Source of the DNA: Monocercomonoides exilis PA203
Taxonomy: Eukaryota; Protista; Preaxostyla
Direction of reading: 5' to 3'
DNA length: 64,000 bases
Assembly: GCA_001643675.2 (NCBI GenBank)
Contig: LSRY02000001.1
Coordinates: 1,984,001-2,048,000, forward strand
This document shows positions 14,525 through 25,600 of the stretch, piece after piece (positions within the stretch are counted from its first letter, which is position 1; every line of letters starts with the position of its first letter). The translations under genes and the position numbers were made by a program. The notes beneath the pieces are model-generated. The model did no database searches and was not told the DNA's origin. It was given only the letters and a program-made list of their open reading frames with translations.

Positions 14525-14630
14525 ATCAAAACACAAGCGTTTTGATTACAGAGAATACATTTATTTCACTTCCTTCTCTTATATTTTTGAGAGCGCCACG
14601 TTATGGGTCAGTCACGATCGCTGATCAAAA
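14525..14630 (+). repeat. DIRS left ITR
   Basis: ATCAAAACACAAGCGTTTTGATTACAGAG...GAGAGCGCCACGTTATGGGTCAGTCACGATCGCTGATCAAAA; inverted match to 19079-19167 and to ICR 18721-18790. Confidence 0.93.
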
Positions 14631-14636
14631 GAAAAC

Positions 14637-15479
14637 ATGTCGACCATCTTCGTGGGAACCGGACTCGCGACCGAACCTTGCGCAGCTCCGCTGACTGGTA
14701 GCCCTCCGAGTGCAATTCCTTCAATAGCAGGGAGTTATTCCGCTTCCAAATCAAGCGTTCAGTCGGAGCTTGATGGACTGACAGATCCAACGCGAAATGA
14801 AGTAGATGAAGGAGATTCTTCTTTGCAGCAAGCTTTCATGGAAATATTTGGACAGCCACCAGAAATTTCACTTTACGATATGCATCTTCCAGAAAATAAA
14901 ATTTATGAAGCGCTTTCACTTATGAAAGATGAAGATTTGAGTCCATTTATTCAGAATGCTCCACCACCATTTACAAGATCCAAAGTTTTTTGGAAAGACG
15001 CGCTCGATCGTGCAGGGGAACGTACAGAAACATACCTTTATCCAGCAATAAAGTTACTTATATCGGCATGCTCAACAATCAAGTCAGGAGACACGACGAA
15101 AGAAATGATAGCAGATTCATGTTTGCTTTTAGCCCAGGCACTGAAAGAAGCCAGACACGTTAGTATACAAGCAAGATATGGATTTTCTGAAGCAGAAAAA
15201 ATGAAAGACGAGTTCTCATCATCGCTGTTAACTCAAAGACAAAAAGAAATTTTGGAAGAATCAAAGAAGATATCCACGAAACAAAGATGGGGGTCTGCAA
15301 GTATTACAAATTTGTATGCAAGGAAGAAACAAACCAGGGGATTTCAAAGCGGAACAAAGAATTATCGGTTTTTTCGAGATTGGCCCCGGACGCCCAGCTC
15401 AAAACGATCATTCACCACAAGCAGCGCCCCAAGAAATTACTCAAGAGGGAGTTCCGGGGACAAAGCAAAGTCTCAATAG
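14637..15479 (+). CDS. DIRS ORF1 (gag-like), intact, 280 aa
   Basis: First ORF directly after the left ITR, with a basic/Ser-rich C-terminus. Assigned by position only. Confidence 0.75.
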   Translation: MSTIFVGTGLATEPCAAPLTGSPPSAIPSIAGSYSASKSSVQSELDGLTDPTRNEVDEGDSSLQQAFMEIFGQPPEISLYDMHLPENKIYEALSLMKDEDLSPFIQNAPPPFTRSKVFWKDALDRAGERTETYLYPAIKLLISACSTIKSGDTTKEMIADSCLLLAQALKEARHVSIQARYGFSEAEKMKDEFSSSLLTQRQKEILEESKKISTKQRWGSASITNLYARKKQTRGFQSGTKNYRFFRDWPRTPSSKRSFTTSSAPRNYSRGSSGDKAKSQ

Positions 15480-17400
15480 AACACAACCTCACAATTGGTG
15501 GAAGAACAGCGTTATTTTCCAATGCATGGAAAATGGTGGGATGAGAAAAGATGATCAAAAGAGGAGTTGTTCCGGTTTGGAGGAGTGCCCAAGCTCGGAA
15601 AACCCTTATCAATTCTCAGGTAAATTGCAGAAGACCGAAGCAATCACAAGAAACAAGAGAAGCCTTGGCGGAGTTAATCAAAGTTCAAGTGAAAACTGGA
15701 ATTATCAGGAAAACCACCAAAAACCAAGTGAGATTTGTCAATCCAATATTTGCAGTCAGGAAAAGGAATGGGAGCTGGAGACAGATTGTGGATTGCAGGA
15801 AGTTGAACAATGCGATAAAAACAATGCACTTCAAACAAGAGGATCATCGATCTGTGGAAAGAATTATAAAGAATGGGGATTTCGCAGTCACACTGGATCC
15901 AAGCCAAGCGTCCTATCTCATCAAGGTATCAGAGGATTTCTCTTTTTTTCTAAGCTTCGAGTTTAACAAAGAATTTTATTGCTTCACCAGTATGCATTTC
16001 GGTTTCAAGGACTCTCCAAGAATATTCACAAAAGTTATGAGAAAAATCATTTCGTTCATTCGGGAAAGATGGAAGGTGAAAGCTGTCGCATATTTAGACG
16101 ACATTGTCTAGCTCCATCAAGACAAGCAAGAACTGAAGAGAATCGCACATGAAGTTATAAGTCTATTTCAAAAGCTTGGACTAATTGCAAACCTGGAAAA
16201 GAGCCACACAGAACCATCAAATCGTTTTTCATTCCTCGGATATTCATGGGACACATCCAACTTCACCGCAACTTTGGAGAAAGGCAGAAAGAAAGAATTG
16301 CTCACGGAATGTTACAGATGGAGGTGCTTAGCACTGAAATGCAAGCAAACAAGAGTGAGAGATTTCGCGTCGTTCATTGGCAAGCTGAGTGGAACTCGCT
16401 TCGTTTTCAAAGAAGCTTCACTCCATCTTCCATCGATGTCCAAGCTTTTGAACAAAATGGTCAGAAAGGTGGTATGGAAAGGAAGGATTAGGATCAACAC
16501 ATCAATCCTTCCGAGCATTCAAAAATGGATATCGAGACTGAATGCGAACAAACCGAGACAGCTTTGCCCAATATTCCAACCTCAAGCAACCTTGACGACA
16601 GATGCATCAGAGAGAGCCGTAGGAGCTTTTCTACTGATGAACAACAAGAAATACGATTTCCATCAATCGCTTCCAGGGAAGATGAAAGGCCAGAGCTCGA
16701 ATTTCAGGGAATTATATGCGATCAATCGAGCACTCAATCATTTCAGATACCTTCTTCAAGCGAACAAAGTCTGCAGCTTGCTAATCAGATCAGACAATAC
16801 AACAGCGGTCTTCAATATCAATCGGTGGAATGCATAAACAAGCCTCAGGAAGTTGCTGATGAAAATATGGACATTTGTTCAGAACAATCACATTCAGATA
16901 AAAGCCCAACACTTGCCAGGGATGAAGAATGTCAGAGCAGATGCTCTATCCAGGCTAGAAAGAGGGGGAGATTACTCCATAAAACAAGAAGAGCAAACGA
17001 GATCACGGAAAACCTCAATCTCAAAATAACGTTGGATGCGTTCGCAACGAACGAGAACACGAAAGCGGACCGATGGTGCGGTCCAGGAAGCACGCTAAAC
17101 GAAGACGGACTCCAGCAATCATGGCAAAGAGGCGTTATTTTAGCCCATCCTCCGATTCCGTTAATAGTTCCAACGATTGTGAAATCGATAGAGGAAAATG
17201 CACATGTTCTTCTTCTGATTCCAGATTGGAGAGGGCAGATATGGGAACCGCTGATAAGAATGACGAGACACTGCGAATGGAGATGGAAAGAACAGAACCA
17301 GGTTTTGAAGGAAGGAAGATGGATGAAACGGATGGAAGCAAGCCTACCACCAGGCAGAATGAGAATAGTCCTTATCAATCCCCAGAATCACAAGGAGAAA
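15287..17400 (+). pseudogene. DIRS pol: RT - RNase H - N6-adenine methyltransferase-like domain, disrupted
   Basis: RT motifs: GGRTALFSNAW, WRQIVDCRKLN, HFGFKDSPRIF, YLDD. RNase H motifs: TTDAS, SSNFREL, RSDNTTAV, HLPGMKNVRADALSR. MTase motifs: LDAFA, AHPPI, IPDWRGQIW. In-frame stops at 15542 (TGA), 16109 (TAG) and 16835 (TAA), and a frameshift near 16990. Start and end are approximate. Confidence 0.9.
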
Positions 17401-18689
17401 AATGGTTTCGGAGAATGCTTCTTTCAAAGGGATATTCCGAAAGGGTTATCGATGAATGCAAAAATAGCGTTGCTGAAAACACATGGAAAGGATATTCATA
17501 TAGCTATGCGCGTTTCTGTGAAATTTGGGAAGATAAAAGAAATGGAGATCCACCGGAAGCTTGGAGTGAGTGGGTTGAAAAATGCGCTTCCATATTCATA
17601 AGCCTGAAGGACAAAGGGACGAAAGCTTCGACGCTCAAACAAACATGTGCCGCATTATCTCTTATCTCAGAATTACTGTACAATAGAGGCCTTGGAGAAT
17701 CTGCTCTCATGCAAAGGCTATTAAAATCATTCAGAAGATCAGAAAACAGGAAGAAAAGAGACAAACCAGACATCTGGAACCCACAACTCCTGCTGCAGAA
17801 AATAACATCATTAGGTGAGAACAGGAACCTTGATTTTCACGAATTGACAAAAAAGGCCATTTGCACATGTATGTTGTTCTCCGCCTGTCGCTTTACGGAG
17901 TTGGAAAGGATAAACCTTCATAATTCAACAATTGGAGACGATGCAATAAAACTTGATTCATCATTAAAAACATCAACAGAACGTACAGATATTATCATCC
18001 CGTTTCTAAAAGAACAGCCGCATGTATGCCCAGCAGCTTCCATACAGGAACTTTGGAACAGAATCAAAGAATCTCAGCCAAATGCAACTTCAGTATTCAT
18101 CGATGAGAAAACTCATCTAACACTTTCTGCAAGAATGATTCGTAACTATGCAGCTGAAATGTTACAGGATGCCGGGATTCCGAGGTGTTTCGGGCCTTAC
18201 TCATTGAAACATGCGTCTATCACAGCGCTAACGATGGCAGGAATTCCCTCAGCCCAAAATGCTAAGTTTGCCAGACTCTCTCCTAGAAGCAACACTATCA
18301 CAAAGCATTACGTCCAATCAGATGTGTCAAGCAAGCTGGCCCACGTGATAGCAAGAAGCAATTCAACTATTCTTCCACCTGAAGAAAGTGGGCATGAGTC
18401 AGAATCCGATTCAGATTCTGAGGCGGAATCCGATTCCGAATCATATTCCAGTTCAAAATCCGAGGAACAAACACCAACAAAGAAAACATGTAAAAGCGAA
18501 GATCAAAAACAACAAGCAATAATTGCATACACAGATAAAGTTGAGGAACCAGAGGACACCGAAGAAAACAATGCTGCACAGACAGTTATCAGCGAGGCTA
18601 AGATTGAATTCATTATCCGAACAAGATCTCAAAGAAGAAAAGAATTGGAAAAGAAACAACACGAAGAAAAGGATACATGTTCAAGCTGA
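17073..18689 (+). CDS. DIRS tyrosine recombinase (intact ORF overlapping the MTase region)
   Basis: FSACRFTEL (Arg I), LKTS (Lys), CPA, PYSLKHAS (at the HxxR position), TKHY (catalytic Tyr); acidic C-terminal tail. Confidence 0.9.
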   Translation: MVRSRKHAKRRRTPAIMAKRRYFSPSSDSVNSSNDCEIDRGKCTCSSSDSRLERADMGTADKNDETLRMEMERTEPGFEGRKMDETDGSKPTTRQNENSPYQSPESQGEKWFRRMLLSKGYSERVIDECKNSVAENTWKGYSYSYARFCEIWEDKRNGDPPEAWSEWVEKCASIFISLKDKGTKASTLKQTCAALSLISELLYNRGLGESALMQRLLKSFRRSENRKKRDKPDIWNPQLLLQKITSLGENRNLDFHELTKKAICTCMLFSACRFTELERINLHNSTIGDDAIKLDSSLKTSTERTDIIIPFLKEQPHVCPAASIQELWNRIKESQPNATSVFIDEKTHLTLSARMIRNYAAEMLQDAGIPRCFGPYSLKHASITALTMAGIPSAQNAKFARLSPRSNTITKHYVQSDVSSKLAHVIARSNSTILPPEESGHESESDSDSEAESDSESYSSSKSEEQTPTKKTCKSEDQKQQAIIAYTDKVEEPEDTEENNAAQTVISEAKIEFIIRTRSQRRKELEKKQHEEKDTCSS

Positions 18690-18720
18690 TTAACATTATC
18701 AAACCTTCCCAATTATCTGT

Positions 18721-18826
18721 GCTCTCAAAAATATAAGAGAAGGAAGTGAAATAAATGTTTTCTCTGTAATCAAAACGCTTGTGTTTTGATTGAAAGAGAA
18801 AATGGTTATTTCACTTTCTTCTCTTA
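18721..18826 (+). repeat. DIRS internal complementary region (ICR)
   Basis: 18721-18790 is the reverse complement of the left end 14525-14594 with one mismatch. 18788-18826 is the reverse complement of the right end. The two halves overlap at GAT (18788-18790). Confidence 0.93.
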
Positions 18827-19078
18827 CTCCCTCCACAACTTAGACATCCCATCCCCTTATGAATCCGTCATTGCTGAATAACAATGATGTGAAAAATTAA
18901 ACACTTAGAATACATTCTCATTAAAGTTTATATTTTAAAACATTCAATTTAATTAAATTGTACCTTTCTTGTTTCTAACATGTGTTTTCACTGCATTTGT
19001 AATAATTTTCAATTTGCCAAATGACAATTCTTTATATTTTCCCATTGACACCTTTGTTCACCATTTCATTAAGTGCCA

Positions 19079-19167
19079 TTTTGATCAGCTGGGTGACTGA
19101 CTTATAACGTGGCGCTCTCAAAAATATAAGTGAAAAAAAAGTGAAATAACCATTATCTCTTTCAATC
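19079..19167 (+). repeat. DIRS right ITR
   Basis: TTTTGATCAGC...ATAACGTGGCGCTCTCAAAAATATAAG...CTCTTTCAATC, an inverted copy of the left ITR. Confidence 0.92.
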
Positions 19168-20249
19168 ATTTCCAGAAGCCAACATTTCCAAATCAAAAAT
19201 TTTCCTTTCAGAATAACTGATTGTTCACCAACTGTATCATCACATAATAATCAAATGTGACAAAAAAATGAATATCTGCTCTCGATAATCCTATCTCCAT
19301 TTGCCATTTCCAATATTCTTTTGTGACAGTTTCCTTCTCCATTTCAAATTCTTTGTCTTTCTCTCATCACCTTTTGACTCTTCTGCCACTCACAAAAGAG
19401 ATGTCACATTGAGAAATCTGTCGCATTCCTTCGCTTCAATCGTCCATTCCTTCATTGAAATTATTCCAATATTCCTTCTTTATTTCATCTGCGCTTCATT
19501 CAACAGCTGAATGATAAAATGAAAAAATTGTCCTCCTTTTTTGATTGGGTGTCAACATCATATCCATTGCATTGCCTTATTGTTTTGGCCGCTTCTTCTT
19601 GACAGATGAGAAATTTGTCTTTGTGTTTGTGAATTGAAACAGAAGACAAAACTTGAAGAAGTATTCACTGAGAGTTGAATAGAATGAATTACACAACGTT
19701 CCTTAAAAATCATTGGAGAAGATGTTTAAGAAGAGAAGAAGAAGAAGAAGAAGCTCAAATAAATAATTAGTGATTGTTGTGCAAAGTGAGATGATAAGCA
19801 TGGAAAAATTTTGCTCAAAAGCAACATCAAATAAAATTGGTTGAAATTCAGCAAAATCAAATATTATCTTGCTTCATCTTCCATTTTTGTGTGTTCTCAG
19901 AAACAACGTCTTCTCAATCTTTCACGTATTCAACTCCATCTTTTTTTTTCTCTGACAAAAAACATGAAATATTTGGAAACCATTCTTTTCATTCATAAAT
20001 CTTCCGCTTTTCCTTCACTTCTTTCTCGAAAACAATCTTTCTTCCGAAATAACTCTTCGCAAAAACCCAAAGCAATGCATCTTCATCATATCTCGAGTTT
20101 TATCTTTCTTCTTCTTTTCCTTATCCTTCCCCTCTTTTCTTCTTCTTCAAAGTCATAAAATACAAAACTTTTTGAAAATCATGAAAAAAAAACAATAAAA
20201 ATTCAATAATATTTATTTTTTAAGATTAAAACAAACCTTTTGATTTGTT

Positions 20250-21876
20250 AGCCATTTTTAATTTTTGTCTCATTGAAAAGTCTCGTTTTCTTCAATAAAA
20301 AATTCGTCATTCCCCCATCAACAACATTTTCAGCAACATATTCTCCAATCATCCATTTTCAATAAGTCTTTTCATCTCCATTTGAGAAGGTTTCTGATCC
20401 TTCTGAAAATAGAGAGATTTGGAATTTTAACAATTCCTTCTGATTGAATCAAAAATTTATTTCGTCCAGCACCAATCCAATCTTTTCGCCTTGACATTCT
20501 TTCCACATGAACCAGTTATTCTAGCAAGGCATTCTTCCAAGTCAAGGAAATATCATTCATTCATTCAGTTTATTTGGTTCATGAACTCGAACAATAAAAA
20601 ATAATATATTTGAAAATAATTACAAACTTCATCTTTTCCAAAAATTCTCAACAGTTCTTCTTTCAGAAAAGCAATTTTCAACAGATGTTTATCCATCTCT
20701 CAAATCAGATTCCTGCAAAACGAACAAATGATATAAAAAAATATCATTCCACAAACCAGAAATGAGCAAACATATAACTTTCCATTCTTTAAGTCTCTTC
20801 CACCTTTTATCTTTTTTTTCAATCGGCCAATGGTAATAGGGTTACACTTTTACCTCTGACCCTTTTTTTTACCCCCACCCTTTTTTTTGTGGAGCTGGCT
20901 ACGGCTTAACACAAGCTCGTAGCTAACGAAAAATAACAAGAAACGTTTGTTTTTTCATATTTAACTTATTCAGAAAAAATTTTTTTACGAAAATTTTTTA
21001 ACTTTGACATCTCTGTATTTTTTTAATTTTATTTTTTGATCATTGAATTGATGGTCTTTCCATGAATATAACATTCTGGAAGTTTTAAGCTACACCATCA
21101 TTACACCTCATATCCTTTTTATTTCTTTAATTAATTTTCACATTTCACAAGTTTCTTTTTCACCTGTTTTCTCATTTCATCGACTTTTCGATAAAATACA
21201 ATTTCATAAGGAATGATGAATTTTTGAAAATATTTTTAAGATTATCCTTAATATATTGTTATATTTTAATCATGTGGAATCATAAAAAAAAGTTTTTCAA
21301 ATTTGATTTTAAATAGAAAAATGAAAAACATCAATTTCGGTTGTTTTGATTTTTTCAGCCAGTAACATTTATTCAGCAAAACATTTTGTGAGCTTGCAAT
21401 AATATATTGAGTCAAAAATAAGATACAGCTAATAAAATTAAAAAATTGTCTTTTATACAATTAAAAATTGCGTTTTATCGAAAAGTCGATGAAATGAGAA
21501 AACAGGTGAAAAAGAAACTTGTGAAATGTGAAAAGTTACTAAAGAAATAAAAAGGATATGAGGTGTAATGATGGTGTAGCTTAAAACTTCCAGAATGTTA
21601 TATTCATGGAAAGACCATCAATTCAATGATCAAAAAATAAAATTAAAAAAATACAGAGATGTCAAAGTTAAAAAATTTTCGTAAAAAAATTTTTTCTGAA
21701 TAAGTTAAATATGAAAAAACAAACGTTTCTTGTTATTTTTCGTTAGCTACGAGCTTGTGTTAAGCCGTAGCCAGCTCCACAAAAAAAAGGGTGGGGGTAA
21801 AAAAAAGGGTCAGAGGTAAAAGTGTAACCCTATGGGACGAAATATTTTGCTTTATGAATTTTGTTCCATTTTCCTC
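20250..21876 (-). pseudogene. Multi-exon gene relic interrupted by the 1-kb foldback element
   Basis: Removing the element plus one TA restores an AG/GT-bounded frame GKWNKIHKAKYFVPYYHWPIEKKDKRWKRLKEWK. The next exon contains stops. Confidence 0.4.
20839..21830. mobile_element. Young non-autonomous foldback/MITE, 992 bp, ~360-bp TIRs, TA TSD
   Basis: TA|GGGTTACACTTTTACCTCTGACCC ... GGGTCAGAGGTAAAAGTGTAACCC|TA. Arms about 20839-21200 and 21467-21830 are nearly perfect inverted copies around a ~260-bp AT-rich spacer. Confidence 0.93.
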
Positions 21877-22676
21877 TAACAAATATTATTCTCAAATTTT
21901 GGATTTTTCTGTTAATATTTGCATAGTTTCGCTTGATTTATAATGAAATTATTGTAGAAAAAGTTTGGAACAAATTTCAAATTTTTTCATAATTGCAAAA
22001 ATATTATCCCATATAAACCATTTCTTTCATATTTGTTCGCAAAACTGTCTAATCAAATGGTTATGCAAACTGCTTTTTTTTATCACATACAAATGCTTTG
22101 AATCCAATTCCACAACCAAATGAAAAATACATTTCTCAACAGATGGCATGATCATTGAATTCTTCGAAATCCTTGATTGCACGTTCATCAAAAGTATTTA
22201 AAAAATCAAGTCAATCTGAAAACATAACTATGGTTTATCAGATTTTTTCAGTGCGAATTGGGATCAAACATAAATGTTCTATGAATAACAAACAATAAAG
22301 AAACAAATTACTGTTTGTTCTTTTGTTTCCAAATTATTATGTTTCAATAAATCAATTATAAACAATAATCTGTTTCAATTTACTGTTGAAACAATTTTTT
22401 TGCATTGATAAGGCAAGCACAAAATTGCATTTGGTTTATAAAATTTTTCTCTCAAAAAGTTGTTATGATTTTTGGAATTTTATTATTTATGGAAAAAAAC
22501 AGTTGCTTTCTGGATAGCTGTTAAATAGGATAATTTTAACATTGCATCATTAATAATATGTTTCAAATATTATAATAAGTATTTCAATTTCATCTTTTCT
22601 TTATTCAATCATTTGAAGATAAAATGATCATTCTCATTATATTTTATTTTTCAAATCAAAACTGTTTTTATTACGT

Positions 22677-25600
22677 ATGAGGGTGCATTTGTTCCTTTTT
22701 GCATGCCTGATTTTGGTAGAAACATTTAAATCTCAAGTCATCTATGGAACAGCCACATTAAGGAATGAAGGTATTTTTTCAAATATAACTTTTAAATATA
22801 ACTGTATTTATTTCGGTCAAGGCAACTCAAATGATGAACAATTTCCAGTAAATGGCAATAATGATTATTTTTCTGAACGGAGAAAAGCATCAGGAACGAA
22901 CAGATGGAAAACAGGAACATGCACAGCGATTTATTCATTTTTACGCTTTTCCAATGCTTCAGTTGGACTGAAGAATGTGGCAGTCGATTATTCTTCCTCC
23001 CCATTTATCCTAATTACAGATAAATCGAATGTGGTGTTGGATTCATGTGTTTCCCACCAAAAATCGGAATTTCCGTTTCTTTTGAATATCGGGTCAATCT
23101 TCCTCACAAACATGACTTTGATCCCCCAAGAGAGTCTTAACCCTTCCAGTCTCATATTTTCATCTGATGATTCCAATTCTGTTATTTTGAGAAATTCTAT
23201 CATCACAGACCTGGCTGTTTCTTCATCAGACTATTTTCTGTTATCAGGAAAGAGCAAAAGCGAACAGATTGATAATTGTGCCTTCAGGAACATGTCTGTG
23301 AAATATGACACGAATAGCGATCATTTTGTGGAACATTCATGTTTTCGAAGTTCAATGGAGAATTGCCTTGCTTATTCGTGTGTGAATGCATTTGAAGGAG
23401 GGATTTCGAGTGGATCATATTCTTCACAGGAATTCATCTGCAAAAACACAACAATAAACTTTGGGAAAAGAGAAATGAATGATCTCGAGAAAAAAGGACA
23501 AATTAATTCAACTGAGAGTCAATTCTTTTCATTGTGTGAATGGACTGATTGCACAGCACCACAAGGAGGAGCTCTTTATGTGCATGACAATGCAAGTGCC
23601 ATTCTCACAGTTGAGAATTCTTCGTTCACAAGATGCAGTGCTTCCTCGACAAGAGGTGGAGGAATATATGCTCAAAGAATAGCTGAATGCGTTGTGCATC
23701 ATTCAACATTTGATCAATGTGTTGCATATGGTTCTTCAGATTGGGGTGGAGGAGGGATTCAGTTTGAAACAATTTATGTTCAGCCAATGGTTGACGATTG
23801 CTTATTTAATAACTGTTCTGCTACCAATGACGGAGGAGGAATTGGATTTTATCAAGAAACTGCTCAAAAGCAAAAAAAATGCGTAATTAACTCATTCTTC
23901 AAATTTTGTCAAGCGTCAAATTCTTCAACTTCTGCCGGAGGTGCAATTTCGCATTGGGATGGAACAATTCAAATTATATTCTCAAATTGTTTATTTTATC
24001 ATTGCTCTTCGCTTTCAGGAGGAGCAGTTTGCTTGTATCTGAATGCAAATAATAAAAGAGTTTTGTTTTATTATTGTTTTTTCCACAATAACACAGGCAC
24101 GAGGTGTGGCAACGATATGTTGCTTCATGGTTCAACATCTAATAATATTGATCCAAGTTGCTATTCAACCGGTCAAACATCATACAGAGTTTGTATAAAT
24201 TCTAATTCATATACCTATCGGAGTGAATGGCTTCGCAATGATTTTGGAAATGTGAGATTTGTCTCATCAACTGATTTACAACCAAAAGGCAACGACACAT
24301 ATGCTTGTGGAATTTATGAATCTTATCCATGCAGCACTATTAGCCATTGTTTGACTCAGCTAATTCCAGACTTGGTTCACAATGTCGAAGTATTTTCGGG
24401 AACAATAATCGAAACAAATAGTTTTGATTGTGGGCCAGACAGTTTTACTGTTTATGGCCAAAGCAATATGAGCACAACAATCCAAACGGAATTTGAAGCA
24501 CCTGGGATATCTCTTTTTTCAGTCTCGACAGGCACATTGACTGCCAGAGACTTTGTTCTTGTGCATGATTCGGATCATCCGAATAACCGTGGGTCAAGGC
24601 TGTTTGAGATAAGTGGAGCAGGAGGAATGAGGATCAGCAGACTGAACATATCTTTTGGGAGCGGACAATCAGCAGAAACAGCATTTTCGACAGAACTGAT
24701 AAATGTCCAGAATGGGGTGTTTCATATGGAACATGTGAACTGGGCAAAGACGATTTCCACAAATTCATTGTTTTCGCTTTCTTTGACTAATGAAATTTCA
24801 TTGACACTTTCAGAGTGCGCCTTTGATGGAATTGAGAGAACAACGAGCGGAGCAGCAGTGATATCGTTTTCGAATGACAAGGCAAATATTGATGTGAATT
24901 GTTGCACTTTTGAAGGATGTGGAAGCAGAACATCAGCTGACGGGGGATCGATGATGCTGTGTGTTGGGAATGGAAATGAAGTGAAAGTGAAAGGCGGATC
25001 TTTTGATGGGTGCTATTGCTCTTCTTCCAATGGATTTGGGGGAGGAATCCTTCTTCGATTGTTGAATGAAAATCCCAATTTTCTGATTTCTTCTTCATTT
25101 GGCACAAACACTGCCAAATGGGGGAATGATATCTTTGCCATTTCACCCAATCTGGAAGAAACAGCAAAATCGGAAAAAATCACATATGTGACAGATTCAT
25201 TGGATTCTGTTCAGAAGGTGAGAGGATATGACAATGGAAACAACAGTGTGGCCATTCCTCTGTGCATCTATCTCCTCCCCACCCCAGAAGAAATATATGT
25301 GAGCAATTCTGAGGCATCCAATCACTCACACTGTGGAATTGTCCAATTCCCTTGTTTGACAATGAAGCACTCCCTCACTCGTCAAGCAGGAGAAAAGAAA
25401 GTTGTTGTGAATGGAATGATTCAGATGAGCGATGAATTGGAATTTGGTGAACAGAAACATGAAATCCGAGGAAGCAATGATCAGAGTGGTTGGACAGTCT
25501 CTGATTCAAGTTCAACATCTAATTCAGCGATGATTTCAGCAAGTGTTGAGACAGAATTATCAAAACTCATCTTCTATCTTCCATCTTCCCTTCCTCTTCA

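Larger units (their letters stand above)
14525..19167 (+). mobile_element. Full-length DIRS1-like tyrosine-recombinase retrotransposon (~4.64 kb), pol disabled
   Basis: Order is gag-like ORF, RT (YLDD)-RNase H-adenine MTase, then an overlapping YR ORF. Inverted terminal repeats and an internal complementary region matching both ends are present. Both ends share ATC(A). Confidence 0.95.

Noticed and set aside
15316-15966. 216-aa third-frame ORF in the DIRS element
   Set aside because: No recognisable motif and fully overlaps gag/RT; probably a by-product of overlapping-frame constraint.
15542-16837. In-frame TGA/TAG/TAA in pol as stop-codon reassignment or readthrough
   Set aside because: All three stop types occur along with a frameshift, Gln would be implausible at YLDDIV*L, and host genes here end in TAA and TGA. 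Ordinary nonsense mutations explain it.
19170-19900. Possible minus-strand relic of the 12709-14205 family next to the DIRS right end
   Set aside because: Only scattered short motif-like patches with many stops; too weak to call without an alignment.
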